Shown here one piece after another: positions 20,185 through 30,567 of a stretch of 64,000 nt of DNA. Position numbers and translations under genes: made by a program. The stretch is from Nitrospirota bacterium (lineage in GTDB: Bacteria > Nitrospirota > UBA9217). The stretch covers positions 64,001 to 128,000 of the forward strand of contig CAWCKW010000003.1 of the NCBI GenBank assembly GCA_963796285.1. Reading direction: 5' to 3'. The notes beneath the pieces were generated by a model that was not told where the DNA came from, made no database searches, and worked only from the letters and a program-made list of their open reading frames with translations. Position 1 is the first letter of the stretch. Each line of letters starts with the position of its first letter.

Positions 20185-21344
20185 ATGAAAAGGTTCGGTA
20201 CTGTTATAGGTATCAAGATCGGTTTAGCGATTTTTTGCGCTTGTATGCCATTGTCCGCGCCGGCATTCGCCGAGGACGCGAAACCGGCAGGTCTTACCTT
20301 CGATGAGATGAAAAAAGCTCTCGGTTTGAGCGTCTATGTGCAGACAGGATATACGTACAACGGAAATGCAAGCAGTCTCACTAATGTCCCCGGTGATCCG
20401 GGCTCGGAAAATAACCTGCGCGGTTACGACCACAAGGCAAACAGCTTCGGCCTCGATCTGGCGGAGATCGTGTTCGCCAAAGACCCCGCGGCGAGCGTGA
20501 TCGGCTACAAAGTGAAGGTTTCGGCGGGAGAAACGGCGAAATTGATGCATGCGACAGGTTTGGGAACTCAACCGACAGGAACGGCGAATCCCGAATCGTT
20601 TGATATCACGGAAGCCTACATCAGCTACACCGCGCCGATCGGCAAGGGACTGCGATTTGATATGGGGAAGATGGCCACGTTCGTCGGCGCGGAAGTGATA
20701 GAGGCCATCGACAACCCGAACTATTCCCGGTCATTCCTGTTCGTCTTTGCGGAACCGACGACGCATACCGGTGTGAAGGCAAGCTATGTATTCAACGACA
20801 ACGTGAACGCGGCATTGTTCGTAGTGAACGGCTGGGACAATGCAACGGACAACAATAAGGGCAAATCGGCCGGTGTGAGCGTCAATATCGCGGCGGGCGA
20901 TCCTTTCTCCGCGTACATCAATTATCTGCAGGGCCCCGAGAGCGACAACAACAATCATGACAATCGGTCGCTTCTCGATCTCGTTGCCACGATCAAACCC
21001 GTAAAGCCTCTGTCCATCATTTTGAACTATGACAACGGCAAGCAGGACAACAGCGGCGCATCTTCGGTGAAATGGAGCGGAATTTGCGGGGATCGTAAAA
21101 TATGATTTCAACGATACCTACAGCATATCGGTTCGGGGCGAGTCCTTTGACGACAAGGACGGCTTTCAGGACAGGCACGTCGCAGAAGTTGACCGAAGTG
21201 ACGGTGACGCCGGAGATCCGGCTAGCCGGCGGCCTGATCGTGCGGCCGGAATACCGCCACGACTCATCGGACAAGCAGTCCTTTGACAACGGCACGAAGA
21301 AATCGCAGGACACGATCGCGCTCAACGCGATGTATCGCTGGTAA
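20185..21344 (+). CDS. Outer-membrane beta-barrel porin (BBP2/OmpL-like), frameshifted near 21085-21130
   Basis: Signal peptide, EAYISY, DMGKMATFVGAEVI, NYSRSFLF, VVNGWDN. The C-terminal RPEYRHD...LNAMYRW (terminal aromatic residue) is in ORF 21102..21344. Confidence 0.82.
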
Positions 21345-21364
21345 CGTTATTTTATCTTTGCCGT

Positions 21365-21403
21365 TGATTCGGTTGGGTTGCGCCTTGCAACCCAACCGAA
21401 TCA
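21365..21403. terminator. Strong hairpin (likely bidirectional terminator) between convergent kdp and metal operons
   Basis: TGATTCGGTTGGGTTGC-GCCTT-GCAACCCAACCGAATCA, a perfect 17-bp stem. Confidence 0.75.
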
Positions 21404-21574
21404 GCATTTTGGAATATTCGTGAGATCTTACTCCCACCGTGCGTCATGTTCCGTCCGTTCAATCATAACTCCAGGTTGAATTCTCCGCCGCTTGAGCGTG
21501 TTAGTTTATTACAACAATTGACACCATCACCTTGTCGTCAATTGATTTCTTTCCGATGAGTATTTTCAGAAATT

Positions 21575-22297
21575 TTAAGTCTGATCATTTTTTCCCTTAT
21601 GGAGACCATGGGCAAGAAGGTCAGGCCTTACTCTCGAAATGAACTGTATTACTGAGCCGGTAATGGCACTCTCAATAATCCAGCCGATGCTGCCGAGCGA
21701 GAGCACAATCACCGCAAATGTCCGAATGGATGAGCTCTCCGGTTCGCCGAGATGTTCATGGGTTTGGTCGATCACGCCGCCCTCATGTTCATGATGGTGT
21801 GCAAACAACTCCGCATCTACATGTGAGATGCCGACGATACCTATCAGGAGCAGTGATGCGAAAAAGAGTGATAAAACCGTCGACACTGCAGCGCTCCAGA
21901 ATACGGGCAATCTCGTTCTGAACAGATAAAACAGGGTGTGTCCAAGAAAGGCTTCGGCGCCAAGCAGCAAAGTATTGAGACCGACGACGGTAATACCGCC
22001 ATGACCGACCATGGCGAGCATTAGATTAACGATGAACGCCGCCATGAATCCCAGGGATGGCCCGAGCAGTATGCCGGCAACAACCGACATATTGAGGTGA
22101 TAAGCGATAGGCAGAATCTCCAGGCTCATGACAACGAGCATCACGGCAGCTAGTGCCCCCAACAAGGGGACCTTTTTCTTCATATCCGCCTTCCTCAAGC
22201 GGAACATGCTCAGAGCGAGGAACAGCGACATCAGTAGGAAGCCCGAAACCCACAGCCAAACAGGGAGAATACCATCAGGAATATGTATGTGCGTCAT
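21575..22297 (-). CDS. cbiM: ECF-type Co/Ni transporter S component (CbiM/NikM family) with a His-rich loop
   Basis: N-terminal HIHIPDG, GILLGP, GHGGITVVGLN, loop FAHHHEHE. Confidence 0.85.
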   Translation of the reverse strand: MTHIHIPDGILPVWLWVSGFLLMSLFLALSMFRLRKADMKKKVPLLGALAAVMLVVMSLEILPIAYHLNMSVVAGILLGPSLGFMAAFIVNLMLAMVGHGGITVVGLNTLLLGAEAFLGHTLFYLFRTRLPVFWSAAVSTVLSLFFASLLLIGIVGISHVDAELFAHHHEHEGGVIDQTHEHLGEPESSSIRTFAVIVLSLGSIGWIIESAITGSVIQFISRVRPDLLAHGLHKGKNDQT

Positions 22298-22310
22298 GAC
22301 GCTTTCTCCT

Positions 22311-23201
22311 TTATGTTTTGTGAATCTGTCGTAAACCGCCCGCAAGAAGCCTGGAGACTAACCAACCTATCGCATAGAGTACGCCAAGGAGGACAACATC
22401 CGTCGGGCCGACCGGCAAATCCCATTGATATGCGGTCCAGAAACCGAAAAACGCGGTCGCGCCGCCGATCAAAGAGGCCAGCACCGTGAACTGGCGCATG
22501 TTGCGAGCAAATTGATGCGCAATCAGCGCGGGAATCAGCAAAAATCCGAATGCGATGAGCGGACCGACGCTGAGCACAGCCATCGAGACGGTTAATCCAA
22601 TCAGCAGGTAGAGCAACACATCCCAGAAAACGACTTTTTTGCGAAGAATAACCGCCATGTCGCGGTCGAATGAGACGAGGAGCAACTCCTTGTGGAACAG
22701 TCCCAGTACTGCGAGGACGACCGTAAGCGTTGCCGCCGTCAGCACGAGATCGAAATTGGAGATGGTGATGACCTCCCCTTTCAGCATATCGAGCCAGCCG
22801 ATTTCTCCGTAAGGGTTTTTTGACAGCACTAAGATGCTGAGCGCGGCGGCCACAACGTAAGCGGTGCCGAGCCGTCCTTCAGCTTGTCCGCGCCCGCGTC
22901 GTTCCAGGAATGCCAGCACCAGGATCGCGGTCAGCGAGAACAGTATTGAGCCGACAAAGGCGAGCGCGTGCGCGCTGTGTGAGCCGTGCTCGGTCAGCTT
23001 GAATCCAAGCCACAGAGGAAGCGAGAGAGCGATTGCAACGCCGGTCGAGGAAATCTGGGGCAATGCCACACCCATGAACACCAAGCGGCGCATCACGAGA
23101 AACACGCCAACGAGCGGGCAGGCAAAGCCGACAAGCACGCTGGTATAAAGCGAGTTACGAAGTAGAAAATCAAAAGCGAGAATCTGGTGTAAGGTTTCCA
23201 T
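22311..23201 (-). CDS. Mn/Zn-type metal ABC transporter permease (ZnuB/ABC-3)
   Basis: CPLVGVFLVMRR, LLLVSFDRDMA, VGPLIAFGFLLIPA, DLPVGPT. Confidence 0.9.
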   Translation of the reverse strand: METLHQILAFDFLLRNSLYTSVLVGFACPLVGVFLVMRRLVFMGVALPQISSTGVAIALSLPLWLGFKLTEHGSHSAHALAFVGSILFSLTAILVLAFLERRGRGQAEGRLGTAYVVAAALSILVLSKNPYGEIGWLDMLKGEVITISNFDLVLTAATLTVVLAVLGLFHKELLLVSFDRDMAVILRKKVVFWDVLLYLLIGLTVSMAVLSVGPLIAFGFLLIPALIAHQFARNMRQFTVLASLIGGATAFFGFWTAYQWDLPVGPTDVVLLGVLYAIGWLVSRLLAGGLRQIHKT

Positions 23202-23202
23202 A

Positions 23203-23916
23203 TCAGCCCATCCCTATTTCAAATATTTCCGCTAATCGTTCGGCTGTGAGTAGTTCGCCTGCTGCCCCGTGAAAAACCTTGCCCTCGTGAAGCCAGATCA
23301 CTTTTTCAGCATAGTGACGGACGGCCGAAAAGTCGTGCGTAACGAGCAGCACCGTGATTTTCCTTTCCTTGCAAGTTTTCGAAATGAAATCCAGCACAGC
23401 GGTCGTTGCCTCACGGTCTACCCCCGCCGTGGGTTCGTCCAGCACCAGCATGTCGGGACGTGTGGCCAGGGCACGGGCGATGAGCACGCGTTGTTTCTGA
23501 CCACCCGAGAGTTCGGCAAAGCGCTTGTGGGAAAAAGCCTCCGCACCCACTGCATGCAGACACTCGCGCGTGAAGGCGCGTTCGACCGGCGGGATAAGCC
23601 CCCCCGAACGTATGCGACCATAAACACCCATAAGCGCGACATCGAACCCTGTGAGCAGATACACCGGGTCGAACTGATTGGATTGAGGGACATAGCCGAA
23701 CGTAAGCGGTCCGCCCGCAGATGCGGTATCGATGCGGCCTGAGACCGGCGGCAGCAGTCCGAGCAGCGTTTTGAGCAACGTCGATTTGCCCGAGCCGTTG
23801 GCCCCAAGGATAGCGGTGAAGCTTGCCCGGGAGATGGAAAGCGTAAGCCCGGACAGCACCGGCTGGCCGTTGTAACCTATGCTCAGGTTATCCAGTGTTA
23901 TCAGTGATTCATTCAT
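23203..23916 (-). CDS. Metal ABC transporter ATPase (ZnuC-like)
   Basis: GANGSGKST, GYVPQ, LSGGQKQR, LDEPTAGVD, VTHD. Confidence 0.92.
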   Translation of the reverse strand: MNESLITLDNLSIGYNGQPVLSGLTLSISRASFTAILGANGSGKSTLLKTLLGLLPPVSGRIDTASAGGPLTFGYVPQSNQFDPVYLLTGFDVALMGVYGRIRSGGLIPPVERAFTRECLHAVGAEAFSHKRFAELSGGQKQRVLIARALATRPDMLVLDEPTAGVDREATTAVLDFISKTCKERKITVLLVTHDFSAVRHYAEKVIWLHEGKVFHGAAGELLTAERLAEIFEIGMG

Positions 23917-23970
23917 AGTCTGTTATATAAGTGTCCGCCCGAGAACCCGGACGGACACTCGCTCCTGTCT

Positions 23971-24903
23971 TTATTTCCTTGCTTGCACGGCATCTACCAT
24001 CGTGTGAACAATATAGTCCATCATCTTAATATACGTCTCTGTATTCGGCACGCCGCCCGGCATGATAGGCAGCGTTACCATGGTCGCGCCGGTCTGTTCG
24101 GCGATATTTTTCGGCGCCTTTTCCGGAAACTGCGGCTCGCGCACGACGATGGCAACATGTTCGGACTTCATCGCTCTGCTTAATTCCTCAATGTGACGCG
24201 GGGTCGGATCGATGCCAGGCTTCAGTTCGATCGTGCCGAAATAAACCAAACCAAAGCGCTCCGCAAAGTATGGCCAGTGCTCGTGATAGGAAACGAACTT
24301 CACGCCTTGGAGCTGTTTGGCCGCCGTCTTCCATTCGGCAATCTTGGCATTGAGCTTGGCGAGATAGGCATCGCGATTACGGGTGAATTCTACCTGATGT
24401 TTTGGGGCAAAGTCTACGAACGCGTTGTAGATATTCTCGATGGCGGTCTTTGCCAACACCGGGTCGAGAGTGTAATGCGGGTTGCCATAGGGATGAACGT
24501 CGCCCTGATAGTGGTCGGTCGATTTGGGCACATCGCGCGGGATGACGCCCTTGGAGCAGTCCACATAGCCAGGCGTGCCCTTCTGGATGCGGGGATTCTT
24601 ACTCGCCTCCAAAAGCGCGGGCAGGAATGCATGTTCACAATCGAACCCGATTAAAATCATCAGGTCCGCCCGGTTCATCATCGGGACATAGCTCGGCTTC
24701 ATCGGGACCCCGTGCGTGTCTTCGACGCCGGTGGCCAGGCTTTTGACCTCGACTAAGTCTCCGCCAACAGCGCGTGCAAAATCAGCGAGGTCGGTGAGCG
24801 TCGTAACAATCCTGATTTTATCAGCATGAGCGGGCGTCGCCCACCCGCACAAGGCCCCGGTGAGCGCAATTATCGATATCAATGTAAATAATTTGGATTT
24901 CAT
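23971..24903 (-). CDS. Metal ABC transporter substrate-binding protein (ZnuA/TroA cluster A-I)
   Basis: Signal peptide, EDTH, GDVHPYGNPHYTLDP, SYHEHWPYF, ELKPGIDPT. GGAGG RBS before 24903. Confidence 0.9.
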   Translation of the reverse strand: MKSKLFTLISIIALTGALCGWATPAHADKIRIVTTLTDLADFARAVGGDLVEVKSLATGVEDTHGVPMKPSYVPMMNRADLMILIGFDCEHAFLPALLEASKNPRIQKGTPGYVDCSKGVIPRDVPKSTDHYQGDVHPYGNPHYTLDPVLAKTAIENIYNAFVDFAPKHQVEFTRNRDAYLAKLNAKIAEWKTAAKQLQGVKFVSYHEHWPYFAERFGLVYFGTIELKPGIDPTPRHIEELSRAMKSEHVAIVVREPQFPEKAPKNIAEQTGATMVTLPIMPGGVPNTETYIKMMDYIVHTMVDAVQARK

Positions 24904-24925
24904 AGTATATCCCTCCTTCTTAGAG

Positions 24926-26200
24926 TTAGCGAGACTGCCACCCATGCGAGTGTGCGCCGATGATCCACGCCCATTGCAGATAAACGGCGTCATCAGGGCG
25001 CAGGCCGGTCGCGGCATTGTTGTCGGTGTGCGTATATTGAAGGCGCAGCTGGTTCCAGTGGCTCGTTGCCCAGGTTATGTTCGCGGATTCCGCGGAGGTT
25101 TTGGCCTGCTTGTTTGCCATGTCCTCCACTTGTTCATATTGGACCCCGGCTATCCATTGCCGATGGAACTTGTATGTGATGTAGGAGTAAAGGCCCAGGG
25201 ATCTGACGGAGCCGCTCGGCAGGGCGTTGCCGGAGGGGTCCGTCACATCATAACGGTTGTCGCTTTGGAGCACTTCCGTGCCCCAGGTGATGGTCTGGAA
25301 CTGATTATTGCGAAGAGGCTTCCAACTCAGCATCACGTCCACTCCCACGAGGCGCCGCTCGCGTTCGGTAAAGGTGTTACCGCCTACGGTTGGAAACGAT
25401 GGATTCGCGGGGTCGGGGTTCCACTGCGCGACTGTTCGCGGATTCCAGAGGCCCGAAATGCCCGGTTCGAACGAGACATTGGGTGTCAGGTCAAAATAGG
25501 TGGACAAACGGCCCCAATAGTTCAAGCCGCTACCGTTGCGGTTATCGCCGACAAAGTTCGGTGGATTGTCGCCGCCGAACTGGTCGCCCGCGCCGAGCGT
25601 CAGGCTGATGTAGTGGTCGACCGGCACCAGCCAATTAACCTGCAGCCCGTCCGTCCTCGCCTCGCCGCCGATGTATCGGTCGAGCACGAGTTGACGATTC
25701 ACGAAGGGCAGCTCATGATCATGGATGTAGCCCAATCGGCCGAATTCTCCGAAGAACCGTCCCGCCTTTACCTCCAGGTTCCCGGGCAGAGACGTCGTCT
25801 GGAGCGCTGCCTCTTCGATCCCCCAGCTCTCTTCGCCGGTGACCGGATCGGCTGATCCGTTGACCACTATGTAGCCCTTCGCGAATGGATCTATTGACGC
25901 GGCTGCGTTCAGTTCCACCGAACGTTGAAATATATCAACCCCGCCGGGCCGGTCGCTGCCCGTATCCGTTGACCCTTTGCTGCGATAGGAGAAGATGGTC
26001 TCGCCTACGAACCCGATGGCCGGGTTGAATATGCTTGGAATTTCCCTTTTTTGCGTTTCGGACAGTTGATCAATGGTTTGTGATTGTTCCTGCACCGTGT
26101 CTTCGAGCTTCTTGAGCCGCTCCGCTGTATCGTCGGCAAAAACCGCCCGGCTGAACGAGCAGAAAGTAAGAATGCAAATAATGCACAATACTCGTTTCAT
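24926..26200 (-). CDS. Outer-membrane beta-barrel metal receptor/porin
   Basis: Signal peptide, coiled coil, FNPAIG, EEAAL..KAGRF..FGRL..IHDHELPFV, C-terminal LRLQY...IIGAHSHGW. GGAGG RBS before 26200. Confidence 0.8.
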   Translation of the reverse strand: MKRVLCIICILTFCSFSRAVFADDTAERLKKLEDTVQEQSQTIDQLSETQKREIPSIFNPAIGFVGETIFSYRSKGSTDTGSDRPGGVDIFQRSVELNAAASIDPFAKGYIVVNGSADPVTGEESWGIEEAALQTTSLPGNLEVKAGRFFGEFGRLGYIHDHELPFVNRQLVLDRYIGGEARTDGLQVNWLVPVDHYISLTLGAGDQFGGDNPPNFVGDNRNGSGLNYWGRLSTYFDLTPNVSFEPGISGLWNPRTVAQWNPDPANPSFPTVGGNTFTERERRLVGVDVMLSWKPLRNNQFQTITWGTEVLQSDNRYDVTDPSGNALPSGSVRSLGLYSYITYKFHRQWIAGVQYEQVEDMANKQAKTSAESANITWATSHWNQLRLQYTHTDNNAATGLRPDDAVYLQWAWIIGAHSHGWQSR

Positions 26201-26341
26201 AAGTTCCTCCGTGGATTCGAATAGGACAGCTACGGCGAGAACGCGCGAAAAAACCATCATCAGCATCCCGATCAATAAAGGATTAGCTTGAATGCGCGTA
26301 TCTCACAAAGCCTATGTTGGTAGTACGTGGGAATAGAGGAA

Positions 26342-26630
26342 TTATGCCGGGGGGCCGCGAGTGCTGCGAGAAAGAGGAAAAGAGCTTTTCGATAAGAGCG
26401 GGAGCGGAAGCAACTAATGTTGTTTCGGATAAACAGGGGATGCCATCAAAAGGAATTATTGATGGCCCGGTCGCGGACTGATGATTGCTTGCAACGCAGA
26501 TGGGGCAGTCGTGATCGTCATCAGTATTTTCGTGGTGATGCGAAACGGCAACAAGCGTGGAAAGAAGGAGGAGCAGTGCAAGTAGTGCGGCAAATCTATG
26601 GTGTGCATTCATGGTGCTTCTGTTTCGCAT
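26342..26630 (-). CDS. DUF2946-like His/CxxC leader protein ending in RGPP (putative metal-sensing arrest peptide); one indel near the 3' end
   Basis: TM/signal segment and HHHENTDDDHDCPIC. A shifted frame reads SRSTRGPPA-stop (TAA at 26342-26344). TTGACA-17-TAATCT promoter 6 nt before ATG 26630. Confidence 0.72.
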
Positions 26631-26705
26631 GAATATAGATTAAATGGTGTGGCAAGATATGTCAAGTATTTTAAACAAACGCACAGGACCGTTTTATGAA
26701 CAGCG

Positions 26706-26767
26706 ATATCATTCTTTAAGAAATCTTCCTGCTTTTGTCCCTTTTTTAGTAGCATTTTTATGTGGTT
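26706..26767 (+). promoter_or_regulatory. Region upstream of kdpD homologous to the kdp operon promoter
   Basis: ATATC..TCTTTA..AAAT.TT..TGCTTTT.T..TTAG.AGCA.TTT..GGTT shared with 14787-14850. Confidence 0.5.
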
Positions 26768-26849
26768 AAGATTAATATTGTTTCTTGTACATGACGATGA
26801 AAATTGTGCGAAGATAACATAATGATGTTATCTTTCGGAGTCAAAAGCA

Positions 26850-29545
26850 ATGGAAGAACGCAGACCTGATCCCGACCAGCTTCTCCATCGGGCACGCGAA
26901 GAGGAAGAAAGAAAACGAGAGGGGCAGCTGAAGATGTTCTTCGGCGCCGCGCCCGGTGTCGGGAAGACCTATGCCATGCTCGAGTCCGCCAGGCAGAGGC
27001 GCGCCGAAGGCGTCGACATCATCGTCGGTCTTGTCGAGACCCACGGCCGTAAGGAGACCGAGGCGCTCCTCGAGGGCCTGGAAATACTCCCCCGCCGGAA
27101 CGTTGAATATCGCGGCGCTGTTCTGAAGGAGTTCGATCTCGATAGCGCCCTTCGCCGCAAGCCCGCAATCATGCTCGTTGACGAACTCGCCCACACGAAC
27201 GCACCCGGCTCCCGCCACAAAAAGCGCTGGCAGGACGTGTACGAGCTGTTGGGCGCGGGCATTTCCGTCTACACCACCGTGAACGTGCAGCACCTTGAAA
27301 GCCTCAACGACGTTGTCTCCCAGATCACGGGCGTCAATGTACGAGAGACCGTGCCTGATTTTCTCCTGGATCGTGCCGACGAAATTGAGCTCATTGACCT
27401 GCCTCCCGACGACCTGCTCCAGCGTTTGCGGGAAGGCAAAGTGTACATGCCCGAACAGGCCGCCGCGGCAATCGAGAATTTTTTCCGCAAAGGCAACCTG
27501 ATCGCTCTCCGCGAACTGGCCCTCAGGCGCACCGCCGACCGCGTGGACGAACAGATGCAGGTCTACCGGCAGGACAAGGGGATCAAAGCTATCTGGCCAG
27601 CCGGAGAACGTATTTTGGTCTGTGTTGGCCATAATCCCCGCTCGATCCGCCTGATCCATGCCGCGCGAAGACTGGCAGCCGGCCTGCGGGCAGAGTGGAT
27701 CGCCGTGCACGTGGAAGCGCCGTCACGGGTCCGGACCTCGGAAAGCGACATAAAACAGCTGGGCGACCACATGCGGCTCGCGGAAAGTCTCGGCGCGGAA
27801 ACAGCGGTGTTGAGCGGCCAGCGGATGAGCGAAGAAGTCATAACCTACGCACGCAGCAGGAACGTGAGCCGGATCATCATCGGTAAACCGACCCATGCCC
27901 GCTGGAAGGACAAATTGTTCGGTTCCCCCCTGGACGAGATCGTGCGCGGCAGCGGCGATATCGATGTCTATGTCATATCCGGCGATGTTGCCGAACTTCA
28001 TTCGCATACTCCTGCACGGTCGCGTATCCGTTCCTGGCGCAAACGTGAGTTCGTCTGGAGCATCCTGACCGTGGCCGGCTGCACCGGCCTTGCCCGGATC
28101 ATGTCCCCCTATTTCGAGCGGCTGGACGTGGCCATGATCTATCTGCTCGGGGTCGTGCTCATATCAAGCAGGACCAGCAAGTGGCCGGCCCTGTTCACCA
28201 CGATCATGAGCGTGGCAGCCTTTGATTTTTTCTTTGTTCCGCCTCTTTATACATTCGCGATCAGCGACGTGCGATACTTCATTACGTTCCTTGTCATGTT
28301 CCTGGTCTCCTTCATCATCAGCAGGCTCACACTCCGGGTGCGGCAGCAGGCTGAATCGGCAAGGCTGCGCGAGCGCAGGACCGCGGCCCTGTACAGCATG
28401 AGCCGCGAGCTCGTCCGCGAGCGCGGCACCAAACGCCTCAGCGAAATCGCAATACGGCATATGAGCGATATGTTCGACAGCGATGTCGCGATCCTGATCC
28501 CGGACGAAGGCAGGCCGTCTGAGTGCAGACAGGCGCCGCCGATGCCGTCTTCACACCCGACCAGCAGGAGCTGAGCGTTGCCCAGTGGGTTCTCGAGCAC
28601 CGGCAGGCGGCAGGCTTAAGCACGGACACGCTGCCCGGGGCAAAGGCATTATATCTTCCGCTCGTCGCTTCATCGGGCGTAATCGGCGTCGCCGGCATTC
28701 TGCCGAAGAACGCCGGCGACGGTTTCGAACCTGAACAGTTCCACTATCTCGAGGCCTTCGCGAACCAGACGGCCATTGCGATCGAGCGGTCCTTCCTGGG
28801 CGAGGCGGCCCAGCGCGCCATGCTGAAGGCCGAGACGGAAAGCCTCAGGAACACGCTCCTCAGCTCCATCTCACACGATCTGCGTACGCCGCTGTCGGCC
28901 ATCACGGGCGCGGCGACGACCCTCCTGGAGAATGACGCGGCCATCGACTCCGTCGGCCGCCTTGATCTTCTCCAGACGGTCCGCGAAGAGGCCGACCACT
29001 TGAACAGGATCATAAAAAACGTACTCGACATGACGCGGCTCGAAGCAGGCGCCATCACCCTGAACAAAGAATGGCAGCCCCTTGAGGAAGTCGTGGGCGC
29101 CGTGCTCAACCGTCTGGGCAACCGCCTCAATGATCATCCCCTGACCGTAAAACTACCGGGGAACCTTCCGCTCATTCCCTTCGACAGCCTGCTCATGGAG
29201 CAAGTGCTCGTGAATCTGTTCGACAATGCCATCAAGTACACTCCCAAGGGGACGCCGCTTGAGTTGTCTGCATCGGAATCGTTCTACACCGTGACCGTCG
29301 AGCTGGCGGACCGCGGCCCCGGTATCCCTTCCGGGGAAGAAGAGCATATTTTCGACAAATTCGTGCGAGGTCTCGGACCGGGAAGCGGTGTCGGACTTGG
29401 CCTCGCCATCTGCCGCACCATCATCGAAGCCCACGGTGGTAAAATATGGGTGGAGAACCGCGAGGGCGGCGGTGCGGCATTTCGATTCACGTTATCAACG
29501 GCGGGATTGCCGCCCGCGCCGAAACAGGTAGAGGAAGATGCCTGA
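26850..29545 (+). CDS. kdpD: Sensor histidine kinase KdpD, frameshift near 28520
   Basis: GAAPGVGKTYAML, VDELAHTN, Usp domain, four TM helices, GAF, SISHDLRTPL, NLFDNAIKY, GLGLAIC. Confidence 0.95.
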
Positions 29546-29637
29546 ACAAGGGAACACGTGTATGCGCAGAAGTCTTGATGCCGAATCCGCATCAACACTT
29601 TCACTCTTTATCGCGTAACCGACACTGATATTCAATC

Positions 29638-30345
29638 ATGCCTGACGACAAAGAACTCATACTCCTTATCGAAGACGAGCCGCAGATGCGGCGTTTCCTG
29701 CGGATCACGCTCCAGACGCAGGGCTTTCGCCTTGTGGAAGCGGCGACCGCGCAGGAGGGTCTGATGCAGGCGACAACACGCAACCCCGACATCGTGCTGC
29801 TCGATCTCGGCTTGCCGGATCTGGACGGACTGGAAGTTACGAAGCGGTTGCGCGAATGGACGCAAACGCCGATCATCGTCATTTCCGCGCGGGAACAGGA
29901 GCAGGACAAGGTCAAGGCGCTGGATGCGGGCGCTGACGACTATCTCACGAAACCGTTCAATGCAGGGGAACTGCTGGCGAGAATCCGTGTCGCATTACGG
30001 CATGCGGCAAGGCAAATCACTGATCAGAACGAGCCGGTCTTTACCATACTGAATCTACGGGTAGATCTGGCGCTGCGGCAGGTATTCGTGGACGACAAGG
30101 AAGTGCACCTGACGCCCATTGAGTACAAGCTATTGATGGTGCTCATCCGGCATGCAGGCAAGGTCATCACTCATACCCAACTTCTGAAGGAAGTATGGGG
30201 GCCGGCGCAGGTGAATGAGGTCCAATATCTCCGTGTGTACATGACACAGCTTAGACATAAACTGGAGGCGGACCCCGCGCGGCCGCGGTTCCTCATGAAC
30301 GAGCCGGGGATCGGGTATCGCCTGAAATACGATCCCGAAGGGTAA
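29638..30345 (+). CDS. kdpE: Response regulator KdpE
   Basis: LLDLGLPDLDG, GADDYLTKPF, YLRVYMTQLRHKLE, EPGIGYR. Confidence 0.96.
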   Translation: MPDDKELILLIEDEPQMRRFLRITLQTQGFRLVEAATAQEGLMQATTRNPDIVLLDLGLPDLDGLEVTKRLREWTQTPIIVISAREQEQDKVKALDAGADDYLTKPFNAGELLARIRVALRHAARQITDQNEPVFTILNLRVDLALRQVFVDDKEVHLTPIEYKLLMVLIRHAGKVITHTQLLKEVWGPAQVNEVQYLRVYMTQLRHKLEADPARPRFLMNEPGIGYRLKYDPEG

Positions 30346-30484
30346 GGCGGACTCGCTTGCCAACATGCGCATAAAATAGACATATGCTTAATTTAGAGCC
30401 ATCTGTTACGAACGATCAGTATCCTTATAAGCGTCGAGACATTGGAGAATCAAGACCTTAGCGAAACAAAGTTCGTATCATATC

Positions 30485-30500
30485 AGGCACAAGTCTTGCT
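30485..30500 (+). promoter_or_regulatory. Sigma-54 -24/-12 promoter
   Basis: AGGCACAAGTCTTGCT (GG-N10-GC) upstream of the APC transporter gene. Confidence 0.6.
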
Positions 30501-30522
30501 TTAGTATTAAGGTTCGAATTGC

Positions 30523-30567
30523 GATGACCGTTGATTAAGCATCAGGGTATCAACGGGCATCTTTTTT
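30523..30567 (+). terminator. Terminator-like hairpin in the 5' leader of the APC transporter gene
   Basis: GATGACCGTTGAT...ATCAACGGGCATC followed by TTTTTT, about 30 nt before the ATG. Confidence 0.5.
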
